Source: Polyangiales bacterium
Lineage (GTDB): Bacteria > Myxococcota_A > Polyangia > Polyangiales > JBDIVX01
Assembly: GCA_039794305.1 (NCBI GenBank)
Contig: JBDIVX010000019.1
Location: 424-64,423 of the forward strand
Reading direction: 5' to 3'
DNA length: 64,000 nucleotides
Shown here: positions 17,234 through 26,736 of the stretch, piece after piece
Numbering within the stretch: position 1 is the first letter of the stretch
Layout of the letters: each line of letters starts with the position of its first letter
Made by a program: the position numbers and the translations under genes
Notes under the pieces: model-generated
Seen by the model: only the letters and a program-made list of their open reading frames with translations
Database searches by the model: none
What the model was told of the DNA's origin: nothing

Positions 17234-19252
17234 ATGGCTCGACCGGTTCCCGACGCCCGAGAGAGGGCGGAATCCCTCGCCGACAAAGCCACCACCACCG
17301 CCGACGTGGAGGTCACGGAGCCGGACCTGCTCCTGCGCCTCTCGGGCCCGAGCGGCGCGCACCTGCGCATCCTCGAGCAGGAGATCGGGCTGCAGGTGGG
17401 ACTTCGCGGCCACACCATCCACCTCCACGGCGGGCTGCGTCAGGTGGAGCTCGCCGAGCGCGTCATCGCGGAGCTGCTCGACGTGCTCGACCAGGGCACC
17501 ACCATGGGCGAAGTGGAGGTGCAGCGCGCCGTGCGCACGCTGCGCGAGCACCCGGACGTGCGCCTGCGCGACCTCTTCGAGGACGTGGTGCTGGTCGCGT
17601 CGCGGCGCAAGATCGTCGCGCCCAAGGGCGTCGCGCAGCAGCTCTACATCCAGGCCATCCGCGACCACGACGTCGTGTTCGGCATCGGCCCGGCGGGCAC
17701 GGGCAAGACCTACCTCGCCATGGCCATGGCCGTCCGCGCGCTCCAGAACAAGCAGGTCAAGCGCATCATCCTGACGCGTCCGGCCGTCGAGGCGGGCGAG
17801 AAGCTCGGCTTCCTCCCGGGTGACCTGGCGGAGAAGGTCAACCCCTACCTCCGCCCGCTCTACGACGCCCTGCACGACATGATGGACATCGAGAAGGCCG
17901 AGGGCCTGCTCGCGCGCGGGACGATCGAGGTGGCCCCCCTGGCATTCATGCGTGGTCGCGCCCAGCCCATCTTCAGCCGGGTGTTGACGCCGTCCGGCTT
18001 CCGACCGATCGGAAGTCTGCGAGTGGGTGACCAGGTCTTCGGCTCCGACGGCCGCCCCACGCGCGTGCTGGGGGTCTACCCGCAGGGTGCCAAGGACGTG
18101 TTCCGGGTGACCGCCCAGGATGGCGCCTCGACCCTCTGCTGCGGCGAGCACCTGTGGGCCGTCTACACCCCGGAGGACCGCCGGCGCGACAAGCCCCCCC
18201 GTGTCCTCGAGACGCGCGAGATGATCGGGAATCTCCGGCGCGCCCACCAGCATCGCTACGAGCTGCCGCTGCTATCCGGCGCGGTGAAATTCGCTCCCCG
18301 CGCCGTCCCGATGGACCCCTACGCGCTCGGCCTGCTCCTCGGAGACGGGTGCCTGACCGGGCACATGGATGTCGGACTCGATGAGCCGCTCGTCGTTGCG
18401 GCCACAGCCGGAGCTTCCCGGGTGCAACCGACCGCGCGGCAACTCATCGGTCGCGGGCATCCCGAGGCCGTGCCGGACGCCTATCTCCACAACTCACCCG
18501 GCGTGCGCTTGTCGGTTCTGCAAGGGTTGCTGGACAGCCAGCGTGGTGAAGTTGTCGATGGCACGGGTGGGAGACGTATCCGGTTCGCTCCCATTTCTGC
18601 TCGGCAGCGGGACGACGCGTCGTTCCTGGTGAGGTCGCTCGGGGGCGTCACGGCCGCAAGCGGCACGCACCTGGATATCCGACTCCCTCCGGGAGTCATG
18701 CCGTTCCGGATGATGCGGAAGTGGGACGCCTTCTCCGAGAACGGTGGTGGCCGACCGATGCGATACATCGAGAGCATCGAGCCCGAGGGTGAGCAGGAGT
18801 GCGTCTGCATCAGCGTGGCCGCCGAGGACTCGCTGTATGTCACGGACGACTTCCTGCTGACACACAACACGCTCAACGATTCGTTCGTGATCCTCGACGA
18901 GGCGCAGAACACGACGGCCGAGCAGATGAAGATGTTCCTGACCCGGCTCGGGTTCGAGTCCCAGGCGGTCGTCACGGGGGACGTGACGCAGGTGGACCTG
19001 CCGGAGGGACGGCGGAGCGGGCTCTCCGACGCGGCCGAGCTGCTGCGGCCCGTGCCAGGCGTGAAGTTCGTGTACTTCTCGGACAAGGACGTCGTCCGAC
19101 ACCCACTCGTCCAGCGAATCGTGCGAGCATACGACGAGCGGGACGCCCGGCGGGCGGCCGAGCGTGACGCGCGCGAGGCCGCCGAGCAGGCGAACGGCGA
19201 GAGCGGCGACGGGGGCGACGAACGGGAGGGTCAGGCGGAGGATGACGGTTGA
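17234..19252 (+). CDS. phoH: PhoH-like ATPase (YbeZ type), intein-containing
   Basis: [32 protein letters not shown]|intein|[30 protein letters not shown] before ATG17234. Confidence 0.95.
   Translation: MARPVPDARERAESLADKATTTADVEVTEPDLLLRLSGPSGAHLRILEQEIGLQVGLRGHTIHLHGGLRQVELAERVIAELLDVLDQGTTMGEVEVQRAVRTLREHPDVRLRDLFEDVVLVASRRKIVAPKGVAQQLYIQAIRDHDVVFGIGPAGTGKTYLAMAMAVRALQNKQVKRIILTRPAVEAGEKLGFLPGDLAEKVNPYLRPLYDALHDMMDIEKAEGLLARGTIEVAPLAFMRGRAQPIFSRVLTPSGFRPIGSLRVGDQVFGSDGRPTRVLGVYPQGAKDVFRVTAQDGASTLCCGEHLWAVYTPEDRRRDKPPRVLETREMIGNLRRAHQHRYELPLLSGAVKFAPRAVPMDPYALGLLLGDGCLTGHMDVGLDEPLVVAATAGASRVQPTARQLIGRGHPEAVPDAYLHNSPGVRLSVLQGLLDSQRGEVVDGTGGRRIRFAPISARQRDDASFLVRSLGGVTAASGTHLDIRLPPGVMPFRMMRKWDAFSENGGGRPMRYIESIEPEGEQECVCISVAAEDSLYVTDDFLLTHNTLNDSFVILDEAQNTTAEQMKMFLTRLGFESQAVVTGDVTQVDLPEGRRSGLSDAAELLRPVPGVKFVYFSDKDVVRHPLVQRIVRAYDERDARRAAERDAREAAEQANGESGDGGDEREGQAEDDG
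17960..18868 (+). mobile_element. Class-3 intein (303 aa) with degenerate LAGLIDADG endonuclease
   Basis: Inserted in MRGR/T. Starts AQP and ends THN/T. Block B GEHLW, block F ECVCISV. LAGLIDADG motif 1 LGLLLGDG; motif 2 degenerate ([10 protein letters not shown]). Confidence 0.92.
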
Positions 19253-21218
19253 CGCGAGCGAAGGGTCGGCCGGTCCGGGCGAGCCGGGAGCGCCGACGCT
19301 CGCCCGCATCGCCAGCACGCTGAAGGCCGATCCGCGCATCGGCCGGGACGAGGCGGAGGTCGTCATCGCCGACCACGTCATCGAGGTGCGCCGGCGCGAG
19401 GCGCTGGTCGTGGTCGCGCTGTCGTCGTCGCTCCGGGACGATCCGGTGACGCCCTACGTCGTGCGGCTGGCGGAGTCGCGCGCAGCGCTCTTGCTGCTCG
19501 GCGACCCGCCCGAAGGCTTGCTCGAGGCGCTGCCCGAGGCGGTCGTCCTCGGCCTCTTGCCCGAGCGGTGCTCGGCCGACGCGCTCTATTTCGCCGTTGC
19601 GGGTCTGATGGAGCGCGTCGAGCTCAAGCAGCACGACGAGCGCCGGATGAAGTCGCTCGAGCGCTACCGCTACGAGCTCGGCGAGCTGGTCGAGATCGCG
19701 CGGGCGCTGAGCCAGGAGCGGGACATCGCGCGGCTGCTCGGGCTCATCCTCGAGAAGAGCCGGTCCATCACGGGAGCGGACGCCGGGAGCATCTACGTGG
19801 TCGAGGGGCAGGAGAGCGACCCGACCAGGCGCCGGCTCCGGTTCAAGCTCTCGCAGAACGAGTCCTGCGAGTTCGAGTCGAGCGAGTTCACGATGCCCGT
19901 CTCGACCCGCTCGATCGCGGGCGCGGCGGTGGTGACCCGGAAGCCGATCAACATCCCGGACGTCTACGAGATCCCGGAGGACGCGCCCTACGGGTTCGAC
20001 CGCAGCTTCGACGAGAAGGTGGGCTACCGGACCCGCTCGATGATCGCGGTCCCCATGATCTCGGCCGAGGACGAGGTCATCGGCGTCATCCAGCTCATCA
20101 ACAAGAAGAAGGCGCCGGAGAAGCGGCTGACGCCCGAGACGGTGGAGGCGGAGGTCGTGCCCTTCACGGAGCGCGCCGAGGAGGTCCTCCGGACGCTGAG
20201 CTCGCAGGCGGGCATCGCGCTCGAGAACGCGATGCTCTACGACGAGATCAAGCGGATCTTCGAGGGCTTCGTGCGCGCGAGCGTGCAGGCCATCGAGCAG
20301 CGCGACCCGACGACGAGCGGTCACTCGCTCCGGGTGAGCGTCCTGTCGTGCAAGCTCGCCGAGGTCGTGGACCGCGTCGACACGGGCGTCTACGCCGAGG
20401 CGAGCTTCACGCGCCGGCAGATCAAGGAGCTCGAGTACGCCTCGCTCCTGCACGACTTCGGCAAGATCGGCGTCCGCGAGAAGGTGCTGGTCAAGGCGAA
20501 GAAGCTCTACCCGCACGAGCTCGACGCGATCCGCGCGCGGTTCGATCTGCTCGTCCAGCGCGCCGAGGCCGACGGCTGGCGCAAGAAGGGCGAGCTCCTC
20601 GCGAGGGGCGCCTCGGAGGACGATCTGGTCGAGGTCGACCTCGAGCTCGAGCGGCGCCGCGGCGAGCTGATCGGCGCGCTCCAGGTGATCCTGCAGGCGA
20701 ACGAGCCGACCGTTCTCAACGAGGGCGACTTCGCCGCCATCGGCGAGATCGGCTCCCGGACCTACGTCGACGCGCAGGGACGCGAGCAGCCGCTCCTGTC
20801 TCCCGAGGAGGTGGCCTCCCTGCAGGTCACGCGTGGCTCGCTCAACATCGAGGAGATCGACGAGATCCGATCCCACGTGGTGCACACGTTCAACTTCCTG
20901 TCGAAGATCCCCTGGGGCAAGACGATGCTGGACATCCCCGGCATCGCGGGAGCACATCACGAGAGGCTGAACGGAAACGGCTATCCGAAGGGCCTCGTCG
21001 CCGCGCAGATCCCGCTCCAGTCCAAGATCATGAGCATCGCGGACATCTACGACGCGCTGACCGCCCGCGACCGCCCCTACAAGAAGGCCATCCCCGTCGA
21101 GCGAGCCCTCGCCATCCTCGGCTTCGAGGTCAAGGACGGCCACATCGACGCCGAGCTCGTCCGGCTGTTCACAGACGCCAAGGTGTACGAGGTGGTGCAG
21201 CAGGAGCTGGAGTACTGA
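19242..21218 (+). CDS. GAF + HD-GYP cyclic-dinucleotide phosphodiesterase
   Basis: GAF (ADAGSIY, VIGVIQLINK), TSGHS, LLHDFGKIG, HHERLNGNGYP, IADIYDALT, RPYKKA. Confidence 0.92.
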   Translation: MTVDASEGSAGPGEPGAPTLARIASTLKADPRIGRDEAEVVIADHVIEVRRREALVVVALSSSLRDDPVTPYVVRLAESRAALLLLGDPPEGLLEALPEAVVLGLLPERCSADALYFAVAGLMERVELKQHDERRMKSLERYRYELGELVEIARALSQERDIARLLGLILEKSRSITGADAGSIYVVEGQESDPTRRRLRFKLSQNESCEFESSEFTMPVSTRSIAGAAVVTRKPINIPDVYEIPEDAPYGFDRSFDEKVGYRTRSMIAVPMISAEDEVIGVIQLINKKKAPEKRLTPETVEAEVVPFTERAEEVLRTLSSQAGIALENAMLYDEIKRIFEGFVRASVQAIEQRDPTTSGHSLRVSVLSCKLAEVVDRVDTGVYAEASFTRRQIKELEYASLLHDFGKIGVREKVLVKAKKLYPHELDAIRARFDLLVQRAEADGWRKKGELLARGASEDDLVEVDLELERRRGELIGALQVILQANEPTVLNEGDFAAIGEIGSRTYVDAQGREQPLLSPEEVASLQVTRGSLNIEEIDEIRSHVVHTFNFLSKIPWGKTMLDIPGIAGAHHERLNGNGYPKGLVAAQIPLQSKIMSIADIYDALTARDRPYKKAIPVERALAILGFEVKDGHIDAELVRLFTDAKVYEVVQQELEY

Positions 21219-22347
21219 GCGGGGACCGTGGCGTCGTCTTGCCGACGCGCTCGACGACGCCGCTCCTGGTCACCGTGGCTGCGCGCAGCGGGCGGATGGC
21301 GAGGGCGCCGCGGCGGCCGAAGGAGCGGCCGGCTGCCGGTCCGCGCGGGCCGGCGGCGAGGACCACGCGGCGGGTGCCCACGGCGTAGCCGTAGCCCACC
21401 CGGAGCGTCTGGCCGCCGCCGGCGGCGGCGAGGGCGGTGGCCGAGAGGAGCCGGCGCGCGGTGCGCTCGTCGTTCCACGCGGTGAGATCGGTGACGAGCT
21501 CGGGCAGCGCGAAGGCCGAGAGGCCGGCCGTGTACAGGAGCGGAGCGTCGCGATGGAGCGCGGTCCAGACGAGGAGCAGCGACTTCGAGGACGGTGCTGC
21601 GGCCGCGCCGATCGCTTCGAACGCTTCGACGCCCACGACCTTCCGAGCCGCCGGGACCCACAGGCGCCGCGCGCCGAGGTGATGCCCGAGGACGGCGACC
21701 GAGCGCGCGAGCCAGACGAGCTGGGCGTGCCGCGCGTCCTCGTCCTCCGCCGGCTCGAGCGTGACCTCGTACCCGCCATCGATGCGCTGCACGTGGGCGA
21801 GCCAGCCCCGCTCCGGCTCGCGGAGGACCCCGTCCTCACCCGACACGATCAGCTCCGTCCGGCAGCCCCAACGGCCCAAGAGCGCACGCGTCACCTCGGC
21901 GTCGTCCAGCCGGGCCGACGGCGCCGGCAGGCGCACCGAGAGCCCGTCGCTCGGCGCTCGCTGCGCGACGACCACGCGCCAGGTCCCGTCACGGCCGCGG
22001 CGGAGCAGCGTGGCGACGTCGACGTCGCCGTGTCGGTCGGGCAGACGCACGCGCTCGTAGACCTCGACCTCCCGCTCCGCGATGACGCGCACGGCTTGGA
22101 CCTGCGTCTCGGCGCTGCGCCAGAAGCGGGCGAGCTTGCGTGCCGCGGAGTCGACGCCCTCGGCCGCGGCCAGATCGATCAGGAGATCGCGCTCGTTCGG
22201 GCGGCGGGCCTCGTGATCGAGCGTGCGGTCGACACCCGCCCCGTCGCCGACGCGCAGGGCGTGCCGGTGGCGCCGCAGCGCGGCGAGCACGTCGTCGTAC
22301 TGCGCGAGCGGACCCGCTCCCATCGAGGAGATCGCCGCGATCGACAT
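21169..22347 (-). CDS. Hypothetical protein
   Basis: Long ORF with host-like codon usage, preceded by a sigma54-type promoter. C-terminal YTAGLSAFALPELV is weakly DUF4261-like. Confidence 0.6.
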   Translation of the reverse strand: MSIAAISSMGAGPLAQYDDVLAALRRHRHALRVGDGAGVDRTLDHEARRPNERDLLIDLAAAEGVDSAARKLARFWRSAETQVQAVRVIAEREVEVYERVRLPDRHGDVDVATLLRRGRDGTWRVVVAQRAPSDGLSVRLPAPSARLDDAEVTRALLGRWGCRTELIVSGEDGVLREPERGWLAHVQRIDGGYEVTLEPAEDEDARHAQLVWLARSVAVLGHHLGARRLWVPAARKVVGVEAFEAIGAAAAPSSKSLLLVWTALHRDAPLLYTAGLSAFALPELVTDLTAWNDERTARRLLSATALAAAGGGQTLRVGYGYAVGTRRVVLAAGPRGPAAGRSFGRRGALAIRPLRAATVTRSGVVERVGKTTPRSPLSTPAPAAPPRTPWRL

Positions 22348-22360
22348 CGCGCTCGCCAGG

Positions 22361-22377
22361 TGCAAGTACGGTGCCCC
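22361..22377 (-). promoter_or_regulatory. Sigma54-type -24/-12 promoter
   Basis: Minus strand reads GGGGCACCGTACTTGCA (GG-N10-GC, consensus TGGCACN5TTGCW), ending 14 nt before ATG22347. Confidence 0.65.
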
Positions 22378-22437
22378 GCGAAGATCAGGGACGAAACCGG
22401 CGATGGGGTGGTCCAAGGTTGCGCCATTGGTGCACAT

Positions 22438-22585
22438 GACTGAGGCGGAATGGCGTCTCGTGGGTGGCGGGCCCGCTCGAGACGGACGCGCCTGCTCCCC
22501 GACAGGCTGTCAGGCAGCCCTCGGACAGGGCACGACAGGGCTCGCTTCGCTCACTCGTTCCCAGGGAGGCGCCGTTCCGTCAGTC
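22438..22585 (+). ncRNA. Candidate structured RNA or non-autonomous palindromic element (unassigned)
   Basis: 22438-22459 pairs with 22566-22585 (20 bp, one 2-nt bulge, two G-U pairs). Inner stems UGGG/CCCA, GCGGGCC/GGCUCGC, CCUG/CAGG, CUGUC/GACAG, GCCCU/AGGGC. Confidence 0.4.
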
Positions 22586-22675
22586 GGGGCGGCGCCGGCG
22601 CGTCTCGGGGGCATGGATCCTCTGGACGGCTGGACAGGTCCCGACGGCGAACTTAGCGTAGCCGGCTCCCGACCG

Positions 22676-23416
22676 ATGGCGGACCGGCCGACATATCGCC
22701 TCTTCCGCGGGGACGCCGTCGAGTGGCTCCGCACCCTGCCGGACGGCTCGGTCGACCTGGTGGTCACCGATCCCGCCTACGAGTCGCTCGAGAAGCACCG
22801 CGCCGTCGGGACCACGACGCGGCTCAAGCACAGCAAGGCCTCGAGCAACGACTGGTTCACCATCTTCCCGAACACCCGCTTCCCGGAGCTGTTCCGGGAG
22901 GTCTTCCGCGTCCTCGCGAAGGACAGCCACTTCTACCTGTTCTGCGACCAGGAGACCGCCTTCGTCGCCAAGCCCCTCGGCGAACAGGCCGGCTTCAAGT
23001 TCTGGAAGCCGCTCGTGTGGGACAAAGTCAAGATCGGTATGGGATACCATTACCGATCTCGGTACGAGATGATCCTGTTCTTCGAGAAGGGCAAGCGGAA
23101 GCTCGCGGACCTGAGCGTGCCGGACATCATCAGCGAGCCGCGCATCCACAAGGGCTATCCGACGGAGAAGCCCGTCGCGGTGAGCGAGGTGCTCATCGAG
23201 CAGAGCGCCGATCCGGGCGCGCTGGTCATCGATCCGTTCGCGGGATCGGGCTCGGTCGGCGTCGCCGCGGTCGGGCAGGGCTGCAGCTTCTGGGGCAACG
23301 ACATCTGCGCCGAGGCCGTCGAGGTCGCCCGCGCCCGCCTCGCCGCGACGGGCGCCGTCGAGGACTCCCGCGCCCCCGAAGAGCTCGCGAGCCAGCTCGG
23401 CCTCGGGCTCGAGTAG
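22676..23416 (+). CDS. DNA N6-adenine/N4-cytosine methyltransferase, beta class
   Basis: Motif IV variant TDPAY near the N-terminus, YPTEKP, then motif I DPFAGSGS. Confidence 0.92.
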   Translation: MADRPTYRLFRGDAVEWLRTLPDGSVDLVVTDPAYESLEKHRAVGTTTRLKHSKASSNDWFTIFPNTRFPELFREVFRVLAKDSHFYLFCDQETAFVAKPLGEQAGFKFWKPLVWDKVKIGMGYHYRSRYEMILFFEKGKRKLADLSVPDIISEPRIHKGYPTEKPVAVSEVLIEQSADPGALVIDPFAGSGSVGVAAVGQGCSFWGNDICAEAVEVARARLAATGAVEDSRAPEELASQLGLGLE

Positions 23417-23493
23417 CGCGCCTCGAGCCGGACATTCGCACCGAGGCGCTCCGGGACGTATCGGAGCCCGGCTCGCTCGGGTATCCTGCTCCA

Positions 23494-26205
23494 ATGCTGT
23501 GGCGCTCGGGGTGGGCGGTCCTGGCGGTGGTGGCTGCTTGGGGATGCGCCGACGACACCGCGCTCCTCGTGGAGGTGACCTCGACGCTCGCCGTGCCCGG
23601 GGAGGTGGACCAGCTCGAGTTCCACATCGCGGGCGAGACCTCGGGCGCGATGGTCGAGACGAGCTACTCGATCGAGGATCCGTGGCCGCACACGCTCTCG
23701 GTGCGGCCCGGCGCCAGCGACAGCGAGGGGGTGACAGTCACCGTGCGCGGCCTCCAGAGCGGCCGGGAGATCGCCTCGGCCACCGTCGAGAGCGCATTCG
23801 TCCCGGGAGAGAGCCGCACGGTGCGCGTGGTGCTCGGCGACGCGCCGCCCGGGGACGGCGGGATGGACGCCGGAACGCCGGACGCGGGACCGGACGGTGC
23901 CGTCGATGCGGCGACACCCGACGCAGGCCACGACGACGCCGGCTCCGCCGACGCAGGCGACGCCAGCACGCCGGACGCCGGCTTCGACGCAGGACCGGCC
24001 GACGGCGGTCCGGCGAGCTGCAGCGACGGCGTGCACAACGGGACCGAGACCGACGTGGACTGCGGTGGCGGGAGCTGCTCCGCGTGCACGGACGGTCGCA
24101 TGTGCTTCGCGGGCAGCGACTGCACGAGCGGCGTGTGCTCCGGCGACCGCTGCGCGACCGCGAGCTGCGGCGACGGCGTCCGCAATGGCAGCGAGACGGA
24201 CATCGACTGCGGCGGCGCGTGCAGCCCGTGCGCGGACGGTCGCCGCTGCGGCGCCGCTGCCGACTGTACGAGCGGCCGGTGCGTGGACGGGATCTGCATC
24301 TCGTGCTCCGACAGCGTGCAGAACGGGGACGAGACGGACGTCGACTGCGGCGGCGCCGTGTGCTCGGGCTGCCTCAGCGGCCGCCGTTGCGCCATCGGAT
24401 CCGACTGCGTGAGCACCCGCTGCGTCGGTGGGCTCTGCGTCTCCTGCACCGACGGGGCTCGCAACGGTGACGAGAGCGACGTGGACTGCGGCGGCTCCTG
24501 CCCGGGATGCTTCGACGGAATGCGGTGCGGCACGGGCACCGACTGCGCGAGCGGGCGGTGCAGCGGGGGCATCTGCATCTCGTGCTCCGACAGCGTCAAG
24601 AACGGCAGCGAGACCGACGTGGACTGCGGCGGTTCGTGCCCCGGCTGCCTCGCCGGGCTCCGTTGCCGGGTCGATCCGGACTGCGCGAGCCTGATCTGCG
24701 GGTCGGGCCGGCGGTGCGACGCTCCGTCCTGCACCGACGGCGTCCACAACGGGACGGAGACGGACGTCGACTGCGGGGGCTCTTGTCCCGATTGCGCGAA
24801 CGGCGCCATGTGCAGCGTCGCAGCCGACTGCGCCAGCAACACGTGCATCGGGGGGGTGTGCCGGTCGGCGTCGTGCAGCGACAGCGTCCAGAACGGCGGC
24901 GAGAGCGACGTGGACTGCGGCGGCGCGACCACGTGCGAGCGGTGCGCAGGCGGCCGGACGTGCACCGTGAATTCGGACTGCGCGAGCAACCTGTGCACGG
25001 GCGGGACCTGCGCCGCGTTCAGTTGCACCGACGGGCTGTGGAACGGCGACGAGAGCGACGTGGACTGCGGCGGCTCCTGCCCCGCGTGCCCGGCCGGCGC
25101 GGACTGCCGCGGCGGCGCCGACTGCGCGAGCGGCCGGTGCGACGGCGGCGTGTGCATCTCGTGCTCGGACGGGGCCCAGAACGGTGACGAGACGGACATC
25201 GACTGCGGGGGTTCCGTCTGCGCTCCCTGTGCAGCGGGTGCGACGTGCGCGATCCCGAGCGACTGTCAGAGCGAGGTGTGCACCACCAGCTTCGTCTGCG
25301 CGGCGCCGAGCTGTACTGACGGCGTGCTGAACGGGGACGAGAGCGACGTCGACTGTGGCGGGTCGTGCCCCGACTGCGTGCCGGGTTCCCTCTGCGACAC
25401 CGGCACCGATTGCGACAGCGGTGTGTGCACCGGTGGGGTGTGCCAGGCGCCGAGCTGCACCGACCGAGTGCGCAACGGGGGAGAGACCGGTGTCGACTGC
25501 GGGGGGACGACCGCGTGCCCGCGCTGCGCCGACGGGCAAGGCTGCACGGTGGACGGCGACTGCGCCGTCAGCACGTGCACGTCGGGGACCTGCGGGGACT
25601 GCACCTCCTTCGGAACCGACGCGTTCGGCTACACCGGCTGCTCCTCGACCCCGACGGCGCTGCCCTGCCCCGACATCCGCTCGAGCGGGACCGCGCTGAG
25701 CCTCACCGACGACTCCTACGCCAGCGTCCCGATCGGGTTCACTTTCGACTTCTACGGGACGGCCTACACGAACATCACGGTCGGCTCGAACGGGATGCTC
25801 TACTTCGAGAGCATCTACCACAGCTTCTCGAACACGTGCCTCCCCTACACGGGGTCACCCTCTCGGTTCGTGGCGGCGTTCTGGGACGATCTGAACCCAT
25901 CGAGCACTCCCGGAGCCGTGTACCACCAGACCATGGGCACGGTGCCGAACCGCACGCTGGTCGTGCAGTGGGATCTGCAGCATTTCTCGTCGACGCCGTC
26001 GACCATCGACGTCCGAGCCGTGCTGCACGAGGGTACGAACGCCGTCGAGCTGTGCTACGTGGACACCACCTTCGGTTCGGCGACCTACGACGACGGCCTG
26101 AGCGCGACCATCGGCATCCAGGGGTCGTCCACCGATGCGCTCCAATACAGCTGCAATACGGCGACCGTGGACGAGGGGCTGCTCCTCGAGTTTCTCCACC
26201 CCTGA
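23494..26205 (+). CDS. Cys-rich repeat surface lipoprotein with NIDO-like C-terminal domain
   Basis: Lipobox AWGC, DAG-rich linker, 11 SCxDxxxNGxExxxDCGG repeats, then IGFTFDFYG...AAFWDDL. Confidence 0.85.
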   Translation: MLWRSGWAVLAVVAAWGCADDTALLVEVTSTLAVPGEVDQLEFHIAGETSGAMVETSYSIEDPWPHTLSVRPGASDSEGVTVTVRGLQSGREIASATVESAFVPGESRTVRVVLGDAPPGDGGMDAGTPDAGPDGAVDAATPDAGHDDAGSADAGDASTPDAGFDAGPADGGPASCSDGVHNGTETDVDCGGGSCSACTDGRMCFAGSDCTSGVCSGDRCATASCGDGVRNGSETDIDCGGACSPCADGRRCGAAADCTSGRCVDGICISCSDSVQNGDETDVDCGGAVCSGCLSGRRCAIGSDCVSTRCVGGLCVSCTDGARNGDESDVDCGGSCPGCFDGMRCGTGTDCASGRCSGGICISCSDSVKNGSETDVDCGGSCPGCLAGLRCRVDPDCASLICGSGRRCDAPSCTDGVHNGTETDVDCGGSCPDCANGAMCSVAADCASNTCIGGVCRSASCSDSVQNGGESDVDCGGATTCERCAGGRTCTVNSDCASNLCTGGTCAAFSCTDGLWNGDESDVDCGGSCPACPAGADCRGGADCASGRCDGGVCISCSDGAQNGDETDIDCGGSVCAPCAAGATCAIPSDCQSEVCTTSFVCAAPSCTDGVLNGDESDVDCGGSCPDCVPGSLCDTGTDCDSGVCTGGVCQAPSCTDRVRNGGETGVDCGGTTACPRCADGQGCTVDGDCAVSTCTSGTCGDCTSFGTDAFGYTGCSSTPTALPCPDIRSSGTALSLTDDSYASVPIGFTFDFYGTAYTNITVGSNGMLYFESIYHSFSNTCLPYTGSPSRFVAAFWDDLNPSSTPGAVYHQTMGTVPNRTLVVQWDLQHFSSTPSTIDVRAVLHEGTNAVELCYVDTTFGSATYDDGLSATIGIQGSSTDALQYSCNTATVDEGLLLEFLHP

Positions 26206-26240
26206 CGGGCACGCGACCTGGGGTAGAGTCGCATCCGCGC

Positions 26241-26696
26241 ATGACGGGGCACGAGTACGCGGACCTGATCGCGAGCTATGTCGTCCGGAACTTCGGGGGG
26301 CGGGGGATCACGGTCTACCGGGAGGTTTTCCTCGGAAAGACGGTGATCGGGAAGAACCGGCGCGTGGACATGCTGCTCGTGGAGGAGGCGACGAGCACCG
26401 CGCTCGCCCTCGAGTGCAAGTACCAGGACAGCGCGGGCACGACCGACGAGAAGATCCCGTACACCTTGCAGGACATGGAGGCGATCGGGATGCCGGTGTG
26501 CGTGGCCTACGCGGGCGAGGGGTTCAGCGACGGCATCCTCAACATGCTGGCCGCATCGCCCATCGCCGCGTACTGCTGGCCCGACACGCTCACCTGGGAG
26601 CGCACCGCCAAGACGCGCGAGCTCGACGCCAAGCTCGCCATGACGTTCCGCTGGTGGGACGTGCTCGTCCGCAACAAGAGGCCCTTCGAGGTCTGA
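26241..26696 (+). CDS. Small PD-(D/E)XK nuclease
   Basis: YREV...RRVDML...LECKYQ...DEKIPY fits the restriction-endonuclease-fold motif. Confidence 0.8.
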   Translation: MTGHEYADLIASYVVRNFGGRGITVYREVFLGKTVIGKNRRVDMLLVEEATSTALALECKYQDSAGTTDEKIPYTLQDMEAIGMPVCVAYAGEGFSDGILNMLAASPIAAYCWPDTLTWERTAKTRELDAKLAMTFRWWDVLVRNKRPFEV

Positions 26697-26736
26697 CGTT
26701 TCGGGAGCCCATGCGGTGGGCTATGCTCCGCGGCGA

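Noticed and set aside
22381..22400. GGACGAAAC, resembling a hammerhead ribozyme core
   Set aside because: No correctly placed CUGAnGA or flanking stems.
22438..22585. Assignment of the structured element as 6S RNA, SRP RNA or retron msr-msd
   Set aside because: No symmetric central bubble, no SRP GNRA/AGCAG motif and no reverse transcriptase nearby. Left unassigned.
24016..25600. Regularly spaced GACGTGGACTGCGGCGG repeats resembling repeat-spacer units
   Set aside because: They encode Cys-rich protein repeats (DVDCGG) with synonymous variation.
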